DNA of 64,000 nt from a virus. The position numbers and the translations under genes were made by a program. Numbering within the stretch: position 1 is the first letter of the stretch; each line of letters opens with the position of its first letter. Location: IMG/VR virus record IMGVR_UViG_3300037423_000603; one strand, written 5' to 3'. The notes beneath the pieces were generated by a model, which searched no databases, was not told the DNA's origin, and saw only the letters and a program-made list of their open reading frames with translations. This document shows, in pieces, positions 1 through 8,724 of this stretch.

Positions 1-79
1 GCTCCGGATACTCAGCCAACAGCTTTCCGATCTCGGCCTTGACGAAGGCGGCATCGAGGAACAGATATTGATCGCTCAT
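1..79 (-). CDS. N-terminus of a probable Siphovirus Gp157-like protein (partial)
   Basis: Reads MSDQYLFLDAAFVKAEIGKLLAEYPE, resembling Gp157 N-termini; ATG overlaps the stop of 76..285. Confidence 0.45.
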   Translation of the reverse strand, partial: MSDQYLFLDAAFVKAEIGKLLAEYPE

Positions 80-285
80 TGTGCGGCCCTCACGGTGTTG
101 GCGTAGTGACGCCAGAAACGAATGGCGCGACGCAACTCCAACCGATGGGCAAAGCGCCATCCCGGTTCTTTGAAGCGAAGCAGACGGGCCGCGTTCTCTC
201 GGCACATCTTGGCGGTCTGGAAATCGGCATCCGCGCGGAACCGCTCAACAAAATCCGGGATGCGCGATAGATCGGCTTGCGTCAC
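76..285 (-). CDS. Phage hypothetical protein (near-identical to 54391..54609)
   Basis: Coupled ORF in the early-left operon, duplicated in prophage 2. Confidence 0.75.
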   Translation of the reverse strand: MTQADLSRIPDFVERFRADADFQTAKMCRENAARLLRFKEPGWRFAHRLELRRAIRFWRHYANTVRAAQ

Positions 286-420
286 GCCGCCCTCCTGCGC
301 TCGCTCTCGATCTCATCCGCCATCGCGCTGAACCGCGCGGCTTCGTTGAGCTGGTGTCTGGCCTCGGCGACTTCGCCGGCATCGAGGCAATGCATCGCCC
401 ATCGACGGGCGCGCAGCGTC
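101..420 (+). repeat. Near-identical block shared with ~54425..54744
   Basis: Direct repeat at offset 54324 covering the two shared early genes. Confidence 0.85.
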
Positions 421-533
421 AAAGCGCGATATTCGCCCGGAGTCAGCGAGCGCAGTTCAACCGGCCTCGGCATATCGAAGTCGTAGAGCGCTTCGGCTTG
501 GGCGTATGCGGAGGTGAGGTGATCGTAGGTCAC
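282..533 (-). CDS. Phage hypothetical protein (paralogue of 54606..54833)
   Basis: Overlapping stop/start; shared YDFDMPRP and ARRWA..CLDAGE motifs. Confidence 0.75.
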   Translation of the reverse strand: MTYDHLTSAYAQAEALYDFDMPRPVELRSLTPGEYRALTLRARRWAMHCLDAGEVAEARHQLNEAARFSAMADEIESERRRAA

Positions 534-1150
534 GGGCCGCTACCATGCTTCGGAACAGGGCGACCAGGGCCATCTGCGTGGCGGAGGAGGAGCGCGGCGA
601 GTTGCCTAGCCTGCGGAGGCGGCAGGCCAAGCCACGCAACCGGCTTGCCGAACTCGACGCGAACGATGCCGTTTAGCGTGTCGTAGGCGACTCCCATCCG
701 AAGTTCGCCCTGATCGTCGTCACTCAGATGGCCTTGCGGGAATTGAGCAGTCGCGCCGAACTGGCGTTTATTCCAAGGCTGGAACGCCTTCAGCATTTCA
801 ATGCTTGGCCATGTGCCGTCGAAGGTCAGCGCGCGATCGTCAATAGTGATCATCGCCGCTGGCTTTTCTTTCGGCCATTCGATTTCCGCCAGCTTGTCGT
901 CGCACGTGGTGCGGTCAGAAGCCCAAGCATCCCGGAAGTGCGCTGTCAGCCACTTGCGCATTGCGCGGATGCCGCCCGTCTGACCGGAGCGTGACGAATA
1001 GATGGCAACGCGGAAATGTTCGGTCGCGTCCCAAATGAAGCGCATGGCACCGGCAACAGGCGGATCGGGAATGACTGCCGCGCCCTGCCACCCGCTCTTG
1101 TAGCTGTGCAGCACGCCATCGAAGTCGAGACAGAGAATTGGCTTTGCCAT
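530..1150 (-). CDS. HAD-superfamily hydrolase-like phage protein
   Basis: LCLDFDGVLH motif I, YSSR, IDDRA; start at MAKPIL overlaps the upstream TGA. Confidence 0.75.
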   Translation of the reverse strand: MAKPILCLDFDGVLHSYKSGWQGAAVIPDPPVAGAMRFIWDATEHFRVAIYSSRSGQTGGIRAMRKWLTAHFRDAWASDRTTCDDKLAEIEWPKEKPAAMITIDDRALTFDGTWPSIEMLKAFQPWNKRQFGATAQFPQGHLSDDDQGELRMGVAYDTLNGIVRVEFGKPVAWLGLPPPQARQLAALLLRHADGPGRPVPKHGSGP

Positions 1151-1560
1151 CACACTCCCCTCAGCCCAGCAATCTGGCGATCGATCCGCGCCTTGCGGGT
1201 CACGGTGTCCATTTCGGAATCGGCGTAATCCAACAGGTCGCGCTCGGCTTCGAGCCTGGCGATGGCTCGGGCTTTTGCCGCCGGTGTCATCTCGATCAGC
1301 GAGGCGATGTTCCGCTGGCTGCGCGCTTCGGCTTCTGCCTGCATTTCCCGATGCATCCGCACATGGTCTGCGCAGACCATCAAAGCATGGTTGAAGCTCC
1401 AGCACTGTTGCTGGTGGCCGGTGAAAGCGATGAAGCCGCTAGGCGCTTTCCTGATCGTGCGAGAGGCAGGTAGGCCATCGACGGAGACGACTTCCCAGCC
1501 GTCATCGGTCTGTACCCACGATACGCCGATGTCTTCGTTGACGAGGGTGTGCGCGGTCAT
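1150..1560 (-). CDS. Phage hypothetical protein (paralogue of 55234..55638)
   Basis: Shared C-terminus AKARAIARLEAERD..RKARIDRQIAGLRGV. Confidence 0.75.
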   Translation of the reverse strand: MTAHTLVNEDIGVSWVQTDDGWEVVSVDGLPASRTIRKAPSGFIAFTGHQQQCWSFNHALMVCADHVRMHREMQAEAEARSQRNIASLIEMTPAAKARAIARLEAERDLLDYADSEMDTVTRKARIDRQIAGLRGV

Positions 1561-1838
1561 GGCTGGGTGCCTTCGGCTTTGGCGATGGCCCTGCGGACCT
1601 GCTCTCGCGTTTCCCCAAAAGAGGAACCGAAGCCAGCACGCATCTCCGCTTCCACCTGTTTGAGCGCAGCCAGCATGTCGGGCGCGGCGGCGATCAAGCG
1701 AGCGTTAGCCTCCGCCCGCCTATCGGTGTCGCCGCAGGCAAGAGCAGCCCACTCCTTCGTCGGTCCCATGATCCAGGCACCGCGCCCCGCGCCGACTTCG
1801 CGCTGCCAAGGCCCCGGCGTATGCTTCGCTTCGCTCAT
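1557..1838 (-). CDS. Phage early hypothetical protein, HTPGPW/ANARLIAAAP family (paralogue of 55635..55931)
   Basis: TPGPW and EANARLIAAAPDML motifs. Confidence 0.8.
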   Translation of the reverse strand: MSEAKHTPGPWQREVGAGRGAWIMGPTKEWAALACGDTDRRAEANARLIAAAPDMLAALKQVEAEMRAGFGSSFGETREQVRRAIAKAEGTQP

Positions 1839-1869
1839 GTCTCGTCTCCTTCACATGGCTTGCTGGGAG

Positions 1870-2100
1870 CTATGCGGCGACCCACTCGGCGCGACCGACG
1901 ACTTCCATTTCTTCGAATTTGGCCCGGTAGTAGGCTAGGCCGCCCATTTTGCCGTTTTCGCCGGTCGCTTGGACGTAACCCTGCGCACCGAAGCTCTTCG
2001 GCTCGGTGACGACCATGAAGCAGCCGGCGAGCATCGGATTGCCGCACGTTTCCGGAGAAAGCTGCACAAGGGTTCCCGGGATAAGTTCACTCGCTTCCAT
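1870..2100 (-). CDS. Phage hypothetical protein (small beta/SH3-like)
   Basis: ORF with RBS in the early-left operon. Confidence 0.65.
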   Translation of the reverse strand: MEASELIPGTLVQLSPETCGNPMLAGCFMVVTEPKSFGAQGYVQATGENGKMGGLAYYRAKFEEMEVVGRAEWVAA

Positions 2101-2146
2101 CTCTCTGTCTCCTGTCGCCGCCTATGCGGGGATGCGGGGTGGGGTG

Positions 2147-2332
2147 CTAGGCGAACTTGCGCTGGATGGCCCTGGCCTTCCGCTGTCGCTTACGTGCTGC
2201 CTTCTTCGCCGGGTCAGTCTTGCGCGGCTTCTTCAGGTGGCGCCGGATGTCGGCGATCTCCTGCTGCGTCGGGATGGACGCTGCCAATGCCAGAGCGGCC
2301 ATTGTGCCAATTAGCGGCGATCTGAGGCTCAT
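2147..2332 (-). CDS. Small basic hypothetical protein
   Basis: Start MSLRSPLIG; basic tail KKAARKRQRKAR. Confidence 0.5.
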   Translation of the reverse strand: MSLRSPLIGTMAALALAASIPTQQEIADIRRHLKKPRKTDPAKKAARKRQRKARAIQRKFA

Positions 2333-2378
2333 TCTCTTCTCCGTTCTCTCCCGTTCAGGCGAACCGTGCGGGGGATGG

Positions 2379-2591
2379 CTAGGCGGACAGCGGTCCAGCA
2401 AACACAAACCAGGGGTCACCTGCTTCGCAGTAGCCGGTCGGGTCGGTATGTTTTTCGGGGTCAAATGCGACCTGCTCGATCAGACCGAACTTCTCGGCCT
2501 GCTCCTGAATGAGATCGCCGCCTTCACATCCGTCCCAAAAGGCGCGGATCATCGCTCTGGCGAATGCTTCAAGGGCAGCAGTCGGTTCCAT
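2379..2591 (-). CDS. Phage hypothetical protein
   Basis: Start MEPTAALEAF after the GGAAGAAGAG RBS. Confidence 0.6.
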   Translation of the reverse strand: MEPTAALEAFARAMIRAFWDGCEGGDLIQEQAEKFGLIEQVAFDPEKHTDPTGYCEAGDPWFVFAGPLSA

Positions 2592-2647
2592 CGTCTCTTC
2601 CTTCCCATATCTGCCCAAATGCGGGGCTTGGTGAGTGGTGTGGTGGG

Positions 2648-2860
2648 TTAGGCTGGCTCGTTTTCATCTATTGATGTGATGGGGTCATAGAAGCGCCGAT
2701 ACACGTCTAACTCTGTGGCTGCTTCTCGGGTTGTGGCGGCGAATTCCGCAGCCCATGGACCGCGCGACGATGCCCAGCACTCCGCGATGTAACCGAGGCG
2801 CGCGATCAAGTTGGATGCATCGATCTCAGGGGGATAGACGCCTGCACTCGGCGTTCTCAC
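2648..2860 (-). CDS. Phage hypothetical protein
   Basis: Coupled ORF in the early-left operon. Confidence 0.55.
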   Translation of the reverse strand: MRTPSAGVYPPEIDASNLIARLGYIAECWASSRGPWAAEFAATTREAATELDVYRRFYDPITSIDENEPA

Positions 2861-3030
2861 GCTTCGTCTCCTGCATAGATGATCGCGCTCGGCTTGATGT
2901 GCGTGGTGAGGCTGTCGAAACGCCAGCCAGTCATGCGGCTGACGAGCGTGCGGGCCTCGTAGTCGTTCTCAGCCTCGATGCGCATGACGAAATCGCGCGT
3001 GGCTTCCCGGCAAACTGTGAAAATGCGCAT
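2857..3030 (-). CDS. Small phage hypothetical protein (57 aa; first gene of the PL operon)
   Basis: MRIFTVCREATRDF..., RBS AAGGAG, below the ORF-track length cutoff. Confidence 0.5.
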   Translation of the reverse strand: MRIFTVCREATRDFVMRIEAENDYEARTLVSRMTGWRFDSLTTHIKPSAIIYAGDEA

Positions 3031-3097
3031 TGGCTTCGTTCTCCTTGCATCGACCGTCGGCGCGGGGCGCTGTGTGGTCTGTTGGAGAGAATATGAA

Positions 3098-3139
3098 CGG
3101 TAAAATTACCGCCGTCAAGCACAATCGGTAAAAAAACCG
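3098..3139. promoter_or_regulatory. Left operator (OL) of prophage 1: two CGGT-N6-ACCG palindromes
   Basis: CGGTAAAATTACCG (3098-3111) and CGGTAAAAAAACCG (3126-3139); same motif as in the cI/cro interval. Confidence 0.8.
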
Positions 3140-3539
3140 CGAAAGTGGTTGCAAGGCAAACCGAGCTATGCGATCTGTAGCGTGCCGCAGATGCGCTGGC
3201 CGACATGGCTCGCCTGATAAGATTCGCGGTGCGCGGGGGTCGAAAGTCCTACGGCGTGTCAGGAAACTGAGGACGGATTAGCCGAGAGGCGTCCTGCCAG
3301 GTGAAAGCGACCGACCGACGGTTCAAGCACGGGCAAATCGGCAAAGACGCTTCCCGCGTCCTCCATGGGCTTTTGCCTGTGGGGGGTAAGGGGGTCTTTG
3401 CCGGCTCCGCTCCCTTACTCGGGTTCAAGACTTCCTGAAGGTACTTGTCAGGAGCCTCAGTGAGTGGATACTGGCAAGTCTCGTTGACTTGTCATCATAG
3501 GACTGGTTTCCTATTCGCTTCTGAGAGCGAAAAGATGAC

Positions 3540-3752
3540 TCAGCCTCTGCCTTTATCAACAATCGCGGCCGCGCCGGCCAAAAGACGCAGCACCTCGTCG
3601 CGCTCGGAATCATCGAGACCGAAGGATCGTTCGAGTCTGCTCGTAACCTCCGCATTCAAGCTGCGGTCATTCTCGACGGCAGCTCTTCTAATCCGCTTGA
3701 GCAAAGCGGGATCAAGGCGGACATGGATGGTGAGGCGATCGGGTGCAGGCAT
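3540..3752 (-). CDS. Arc-family ribbon-helix-helix DNA-binding protein
   Basis: VRLDPALLKRIRRAAVENDRSLNAEVTSRLERSF, typical of Arc/Mnt proteins. Confidence 0.85.
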   Translation of the reverse strand: MPAPDRLTIHVRLDPALLKRIRRAAVENDRSLNAEVTSRLERSFGLDDSERDEVLRLLAGAAAIVDKGRG

Positions 3753-3971
3753 GGCCTGCGACTTATGGCTGAAAGGTTTGCAACCTGTAATCGGTGCATC
3801 GAGTGCTATAAATGTCCCACTCGGTGCTACCAGTTATCCACAGGTTAGAAATGTGATTGTTACACTTCGAAATATTCCGTTAATCAGAAACAACCTGGTC
3901 AGACCAGAAGATTGGCGGCCATCTCGGGGGAATATTAGCCTGACAAAATATAGGTGGAAGGGCAGGGGGAA

Positions 3972-4187
3972 ATGATTCACTACGTGCCGCGTTACAAGTC
4001 GCGGAATGAAGAGATCGTTGCGGAACTTCGCAAGGCAGCGGGGGCAGTCGCGACGATAGACCCAGAAATAGTCATCAAAAAGAAGGCTGCCGAATTGGCT
4101 ATCGCGATGGCACTTCTTCATGGCGGCGACTGGCGTGTTGAGATCGATCATCTGGCGGGCTTTGTTCTGGTTGCCCCACGGGTTTAA
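3972..4187 (+). CDS. Small hypothetical protein convergent with the repressor
   Basis: RBS AGGGGGA before ATG; overlaps the 3' end of cI. Confidence 0.55.
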   Translation: MIHYVPRYKSRNEEIVAELRKAAGAVATIDPEIVIKKKAAELAIAMALLHGGDWRVEIDHLAGFVLVAPRV

Positions 4188-4494
4188 CGAATGTGTTGAT
4201 GATCGTGGTCAGGCGATCGAGCTGGGCCCCATCAACCCCGTAGGCCAATAGAGCAGAGCGTAACTGGTCCTCCGGGGATCCCGTCTCAAATGTCAGATCG
4301 ATCCCGAGCACTCTGCCAACAGCCTGGAGCTTCGCGGTGTTCGCGCCGGCCCGCCGGCCCTCACTGACGGCTCGGCGCCAGTTCCTGATCGTGTCCTTGC
4401 TGCCGGTGGCCTCAAACGAAACGGCGGCGTCGGAGGTGTGGAGAGCAGCGATGCGCTCATCGATCAGGCGGAGGATTTCGGGCATGTCCATCAT
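4099..4494 (-). CDS. cI: CI-like repressor of prophage 1 (HTH, no S24 peptidase domain)
   Basis: Divergent from cro across operator repeats; SKDTIRNWRR helix; only 131 aa. Confidence 0.75.
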   Translation of the reverse strand: MMDMPEILRLIDERIAALHTSDAAVSFEATGSKDTIRNWRRAVSEGRRAGANTAKLQAVGRVLGIDLTFETGSPEDQLRSALLAYGVDGAQLDRLTTIINTFVKPVGQPEQSPPDDRSQHASRRHEEVPSR

Positions 4495-4495
4495 G

Positions 4496-4568
4496 CGGTG
4501 AAATTACCGCCCGGCACTTTTATCAGCGAGCGGTAAGAAAACCGTTGACGATGGCGGTAAAATAACCG
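4496..4568. promoter_or_regulatory. Right operator/PR of prophage 1: three CGGT-N6-ACCG sites around TTGACG
   Basis: Sites at 4496-4509, 4531-4544 and 4555-4568; -35 TTGACG at 4545. Confidence 0.85.
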
Positions 4569-4582
4569 ATAACAGATGCGCC

Positions 4583-4825
4583 ATGACAGAAATCGCGCAT
4601 CTCCTAAGCCTCGCCGACGCGTTTATCGCGGCAACTTCCATCAAGGAGGTGACGCTTAGCCACCGGGTTTTCGGTGACAGCAAAAAGCTTTCGGCAATCC
4701 GCAACGGAGCCGACATCACGCTCGGTCGCTTCAATGCATCGATGGAATGGTTCTCGGCAAATTGGCCAGAGGGGATTGAATGGCCGGCGGATGTCATCCG
4801 TCCTGCGACGGAGAAAGCAGCGTGA
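4583..4825 (+). CDS. cro: Cro-like protein
   Basis: TLSHRVFGDSKKLSAIRNGADITL..WFSANWP, typical alphaproteobacterial phage Cro-like sequence; position. Confidence 0.75.
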   Translation: MTEIAHLLSLADAFIAATSIKEVTLSHRVFGDSKKLSAIRNGADITLGRFNASMEWFSANWPEGIEWPADVIRPATEKAA

Positions 4826-5415
4826 GCGACACTTTCCGCCAAGTTTATTTCGCCGAATGCATCGGCCCGAATGGGCAACCGATCGGTGCCTACAAGATTG
4901 GCTGCTCCCATGGGTGGTCTGATCGCCTCAAGCAGATCAGTTCCGGGTTGCCTTTCTCGCTCGAACTTCGCGCGCTGGTCCTCGGCGATTTGGTCATGGA
5001 AAAGATTTGTCATATCGCGCTCAAGGACCACTGCATTTCGGGCGAGTATTTTCACGCAAGCGAGAAGGTCGTTAAGGTAGCAGAGCGAGCCGCAAAGACC
5101 GGCCGTGCGTTCCCGATGATCGAGGATCTTGGTGAATCGCGGGTGCCGGAAGGGGCCGTCAAGGCCTTCATGGAATATCATGGCGTCGATCTAGGCGAGG
5201 TTTGTGAAATCCTCGGCTTCCAAGCCAGCCAATATGAAAAGCGACTGGCGAATAGCAAATACAAGTCGCGCAATATGGTAGCGGCGGTCGCGGTCGTAGC
5301 GAACCGCCGCGAGCAATACGTTTGCTGGCCCACTGACGCCATGCGTGGCCTTCTCGGTGAAGTTCATCATCTCGTCTTGAAGCGGCGCGCTACATCAGAG
5401 GCGAAGGCCGCATGA
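4822..5415 (+). CDS. GIY-YIG-like (T5orf172/MUG113-type) domain protein
   Basis: VYF..YKIGCS..RLKQI..EKICH..GEYF pattern. Confidence 0.6.
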   Translation: MSDTFRQVYFAECIGPNGQPIGAYKIGCSHGWSDRLKQISSGLPFSLELRALVLGDLVMEKICHIALKDHCISGEYFHASEKVVKVAERAAKTGRAFPMIEDLGESRVPEGAVKAFMEYHGVDLGEVCEILGFQASQYEKRLANSKYKSRNMVAAVAVVANRREQYVCWPTDAMRGLLGEVHHLVLKRRATSEAKAA

Positions 5416-5503
5416 CCACCATCCTCATAGCCTGGTTTCTCCTCTCCATTCCCCCCGGCTTCATAATCGGCAAATGCATCGCTTTCGGCATGGGGAGCGA
5501 GTG

Positions 5504-5734
5504 ATGCCTTTTTACGTGACCTCAAAAATCCACCCCGGGCAGAAATGTCGCGTCCACACATGGTTCGATACGGCGCAGCTTGTCGAAAAGTTCGGCATCG
5601 AGGCGAAGGTAGGAACCAGCTACTGCCACGTTATCAGCGGCAACACGCCTTTGCTCTTCGACACCAAAGATCAAGCCGCAGCAGCCATCTCCGCCGCCCT
5701 CCACTCCAAGACAGCAGACAGCGAGGCGAAATGA
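5504..5734 (+). CDS. Hypothetical protein
   Basis: RBS GGGGAG; ends AALHSKTADSEAK, a tail shared with 60423..60641. Confidence 0.55.
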   Translation: MPFYVTSKIHPGQKCRVHTWFDTAQLVEKFGIEAKVGTSYCHVISGNTPLLFDTKDQAAAAISAALHSKTADSEAK

Positions 5735-5739
5735 CCGCC

Positions 5740-6159
5740 TCATCGAAAACCAGGAGCGTTGTGTACAGCGCGATCTGTAGGTCCAACGGCGTCTTCCTGG
5801 TCAGGGCGCGCGCAACTGTTGGAAGTCGGTTCCCTCTGAACGCAAATCGCGCGTCCGCCCGCATTCCTGAATCCGTTGCCGCTCTCCACCTCATCGGCAA
5901 CGTGATCGCCGCAACCCTCCCGATGCGGTGCAAGCTGCGGAGGAGCGTCGAGCCTACCCGAACCCCTATGGCTCCGCTCCTCCGCATTTTTTCCCGGGGA
6001 CAGCGGGAAATCCTGAATTTCTGCCGGCGCTTGCAGGCGGCCGGCGGCCTTACGTCGTCTTTCTACTCGCTGCTCAAGTTCTGCCAGGAGCCTCGCAGCA
6101 GCATCTTCAATGCGCTCGGTTTCGCGCCAGTCTCGGTCCTTTCGTTTGCCCTCTGTCAT
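5740..6159 (-). CDS. Antisense hypothetical protein (homologue of 60653..61114)
   Basis: DWRE.E..EDAA.RLLA.L..R motif conserved between the two phages with synonymous codon changes. Confidence 0.55.
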   Translation of the reverse strand: MTEGKRKDRDWRETERIEDAAARLLAELEQRVERRRKAAGRLQAPAEIQDFPLSPGKNAEERSHRGSGRLDAPPQLAPHREGCGDHVADEVESGNGFRNAGGRAICVQREPTSNSCARPDQEDAVGPTDRAVHNAPGFR

Positions 6160-6190
6160 GGTCGTAACATGGCACAGGGAAGTTCGGAAA

Positions 6191-6574
6191 ATGCCGAAAT
6201 CAAAGCAGGAAATGTCAGAAATGTCCTCCGTTGAGTTTGTCCAGTACGCACTACGAGAACGGGTAGCGCCGCCCTCTCTCGGGTCCATCAAAGCGCGCAT
6301 CCGTTACGCCTCCAACGCGTTGGGTTGGACGGCGAACAGAACCAAGGATGCTTGGTATGCCGACCCGCGCATATCTATCAGCGCCGACGAACTGAGACAG
6401 ATCGAGAGGAAAACGGGGTTACGCTATGCCCAAGAAGAACTCAGAACCAACGACGACCTCATCTCCAGGGCCGAAGCTCTCATGGTGGGCCATGAGGCGG
6501 ATTTCTATAGCGCGTTCATTGCTGCGCTCCGCTCGCTGGCTCGCCCTCATCATCGCACCGGAACTGAAGGATGA
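6191..6574 (+). CDS. CII-like/HTH-type phage regulatory protein (putative)
   Basis: Position after cro; ARIRYASNALGWTANRTKDAWY; syntenic with 61176..61532. Confidence 0.5.
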   Translation: MPKSKQEMSEMSSVEFVQYALRERVAPPSLGSIKARIRYASNALGWTANRTKDAWYADPRISISADELRQIERKTGLRYAQEELRTNDDLISRAEALMVGHEADFYSAFIAALRSLARPHHRTGTEG

Positions 6575-6577
6575 GCC

Positions 6578-6763
6578 ATGAAGCGCAAAACCATCGCCAC
6601 GCTAGACGGAATCTTCGTGCTCGACGAGGCGACCGGCCACTATGAGCCGGCAGAGGAGCCAGAAAACCACGGCCTAGGTCCTCTCTGGCTCTACCCGCTG
6701 TTGGTCCCGGCCACAATCGCCATTGGCTACTGCATCGCCAAGGCTATCCAGGCTCTCGCATGA
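6578..6763 (+). CDS. Small membrane protein (paralogue of 61966..62154)
   Basis: C-terminal hydrophobic helix; near-identical N-terminus in prophage 2. Confidence 0.7.
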   Translation: MKRKTIATLDGIFVLDEATGHYEPAEEPENHGLGPLWLYPLLVPATIAIGYCIAKAIQALA

Positions 6764-6785
6764 GCCACATGGTTTGAGGGGATAG

Positions 6786-7550
6786 ATGATCCGCCGCGAA
6801 GTTCAGATTGGCGATTGCCGACTTTTGCTAGGGGACATGGGCGATATCTTGCCCGTGCTCGGGCGGGTCGACCACGTCATCACGGACCCGCCATACGAAG
6901 ACGAACTACACAAGGCCATCGGCCGTATTCGCAGGAACGATGGTCGCGAGATGATACAGGATCTTGGCTTCGAAGGCATCAATTCTTCGCGTGCGGATAT
7001 AGCCAAGACACTGGTCGAAATATCTGACGGCTGGGCTCTTATCTTCACTCTTGCCGAGGGAGTTCGCGCTTGGCGCGACGATCTGCAATCGGCCGGTGCG
7101 AAGTGGGATACGGTTCTCGCCTGGGTGAAGCCTGATGCCTCGCCACGGTTCAACGGGCAGGGCGCAGCTCGCGGCTTTGAGAACTGCGTTACCGTCTGGT
7201 GCGGGAAGGGCTATCGCTCTTGGAATGGTGGCGGCAAGCGCGGCATCTACACACATTGCGTCAACACCAATCGCCACGGCGCGCACCCGACCGAAAAGCC
7301 CCTGCCGCTCATGCGCGAACTCGTGGCCGACTATACGCAGCGCGGCCAGACTATCCTCGACCCCTTCATGGGCTCTGGAACGACAGGTCTGGCGTGCCTA
7401 AAGACTGGCCGTAAATTCATCGGCATCGAGATTTCGGAAGAGCATTTCGAGACGGCGATTGAGCGAATTTCTGACGCCTACAGTCGGCCGGATATGTTCA
7501 TTGAAGCCGAGCGCCCGCCAGAGCCGAAGCAGGAGGCTTTGTTCGGATGA
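6786..7550 (+). CDS. Amino (N6A/N4C) DNA methyltransferase, beta-class
   Basis: TDPPY catalytic motif, HPTEKP, LDPFMGSGTTG SAM-binding motif. Confidence 0.92.
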   Translation: MIRREVQIGDCRLLLGDMGDILPVLGRVDHVITDPPYEDELHKAIGRIRRNDGREMIQDLGFEGINSSRADIAKTLVEISDGWALIFTLAEGVRAWRDDLQSAGAKWDTVLAWVKPDASPRFNGQGAARGFENCVTVWCGKGYRSWNGGGKRGIYTHCVNTNRHGAHPTEKPLPLMRELVADYTQRGQTILDPFMGSGTTGLACLKTGRKFIGIEISEEHFETAIERISDAYSRPDMFIEAERPPEPKQEALFG

Positions 7551-7930
7551 TCCGCGTTGCCTTCTCGGAAATGCCGCCATCGGCCAACGCCATGCGCGCG
7601 CATTTTATTGCCGGCGGGAAAGTCCAGTCCGTCAAGAGCAAGACCTATGCGGCATGGAAGAAGGCGGCAGCTTGGGAAATCGCGGCAGCTCGTCCCGGCA
7701 AGATCGATGGCCCCTATCGCCTCTACATCGCCGTACAGCGCGATTGGCGGTCGAAGCGCGCTTCTGACCTTGACAATCGCATTAAGCCAGTGAGCGACGC
7801 CCTGGTCGCGGCCGGCGTGGTCACGGACGACAGCCTTGCCGAGGAAGTAAACGCGAAGTGGGCCGACAATCTTGGCGGGCCTGCGGTCGTGGCATTGATC
7901 TGCCCGGCAGAGCAAGAACTAGCAGCATAA
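7547..7930 (+). CDS. rusA: RusA-family Holliday junction resolvase
   Basis: PPSAN..; DLDNRIKPVSDAL..GVVTDDS. Confidence 0.88.
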   Translation: MIRVAFSEMPPSANAMRAHFIAGGKVQSVKSKTYAAWKKAAAWEIAAARPGKIDGPYRLYIAVQRDWRSKRASDLDNRIKPVSDALVAAGVVTDDSLAEEVNAKWADNLGGPAVVALICPAEQELAA

Positions 7931-7961
7931 GGGCGCAAAGCGCCGCATGAGGGTTTGGGAA

Positions 7962-8363
7962 ATGACAGACTTCGACACCTTTTGGCAGGCATACCCCCGT
8001 CGTGTGGCAAAGGGCCATGCCCGCACAGCCTTCGATAAGGCGATACGCAAAACCACCATCGAGAAGATGCTCTCGGCAATCGCTGACTACGTCCGCTTCA
8101 AGCCCGAGCGCATCGACTTCAAGCATCCGGCGACCTGGCTCAACGGGGAATGCTGGGACGACGAATGGGCCAACGTTCCGCGGGAAACAAACCGGAAACG
8201 CACTTTCACCGACGTAATCATGGACAGGCGAAATGCACGAAGCGGCTTCGAACGAGATCGCGAGAATGCTGGACAGCTTCCCGGCGACGACAGGCAACCC
8301 GGCCACGACCTTGAGTGCATACGAGATGGCGGTGGATGGACTGTCGCCGCAAGCCGTCATTGA
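7962..8363 (+). CDS. Protein resembling the C-terminal domain of phage replication initiators
   Basis: FDTFWQAYPRRVAK..KHPATWLNGECWDDE. Confidence 0.65.
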   Translation: MTDFDTFWQAYPRRVAKGHARTAFDKAIRKTTIEKMLSAIADYVRFKPERIDFKHPATWLNGECWDDEWANVPRETNRKRTFTDVIMDRRNARSGFERDRENAGQLPGDDRQPGHDLECIRDGGGWTVAASRH

Positions 8364-8724
8364 AGCTTGCAGGCGGTTTATCTTGGGCAATGTCGAAGGG
8401 CAGAGCATGGACTTCGCGCCAGCCGCCCCGCGCTTCGCCCAGGAAGCCCGCCAGCGGCAGGAATACATCGACCTGAAGGCGAGGCCGAGACTGCCGGCTC
8501 GGCGGTACTTCCCCGGTCCACTCGCACCGTTCCAGGTCCGCCAGGAAAAGCGCCGCGCACAATACGCCGATCGCCCCGTCACAGAGGCCAACGTGCCTCT
8601 GGACCGCTTCATTGCTATGTCCAAGGCAAAGCAACTGCCTACGGGGGCCGTATGGGTGGCGACGATGGGCATTTTAGGGCCTTCGCCCAAAGAACAAACC
8701 ATCATCAAAGAGGGAACGAAATGA
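8233..8724 (+). CDS. Phage hypothetical protein (replication region)
   Basis: AVIEACRRFI.G.V..FAPAAPRF pattern, typical next to replication genes. Confidence 0.65.
   Translation: MHEAASNEIARMLDSFPATTGNPATTLSAYEMAVDGLSPQAVIEACRRFILGNVEGQSMDFAPAAPRFAQEARQRQEYIDLKARPRLPARRYFPGPLAPFQVRQEKRRAQYADRPVTEANVPLDRFIAMSKAKQLPTGAVWVATMGILGPSPKEQTIIKEGTK

Noticed and set aside
3267-3290. Hammerhead ribozyme core (CTGAGGA followed by a CGG/CCG stem)
   Set aside because: The stem is followed by AGAG rather than the required GAAA, and no stems I/III were found.
5545-6234. Plus-strand ORFs 5545..6234 and 60638..61171 as genes
   Set aside because: No protein-level similarity between the two syntenic copies, whereas the minus-strand frames are conserved.
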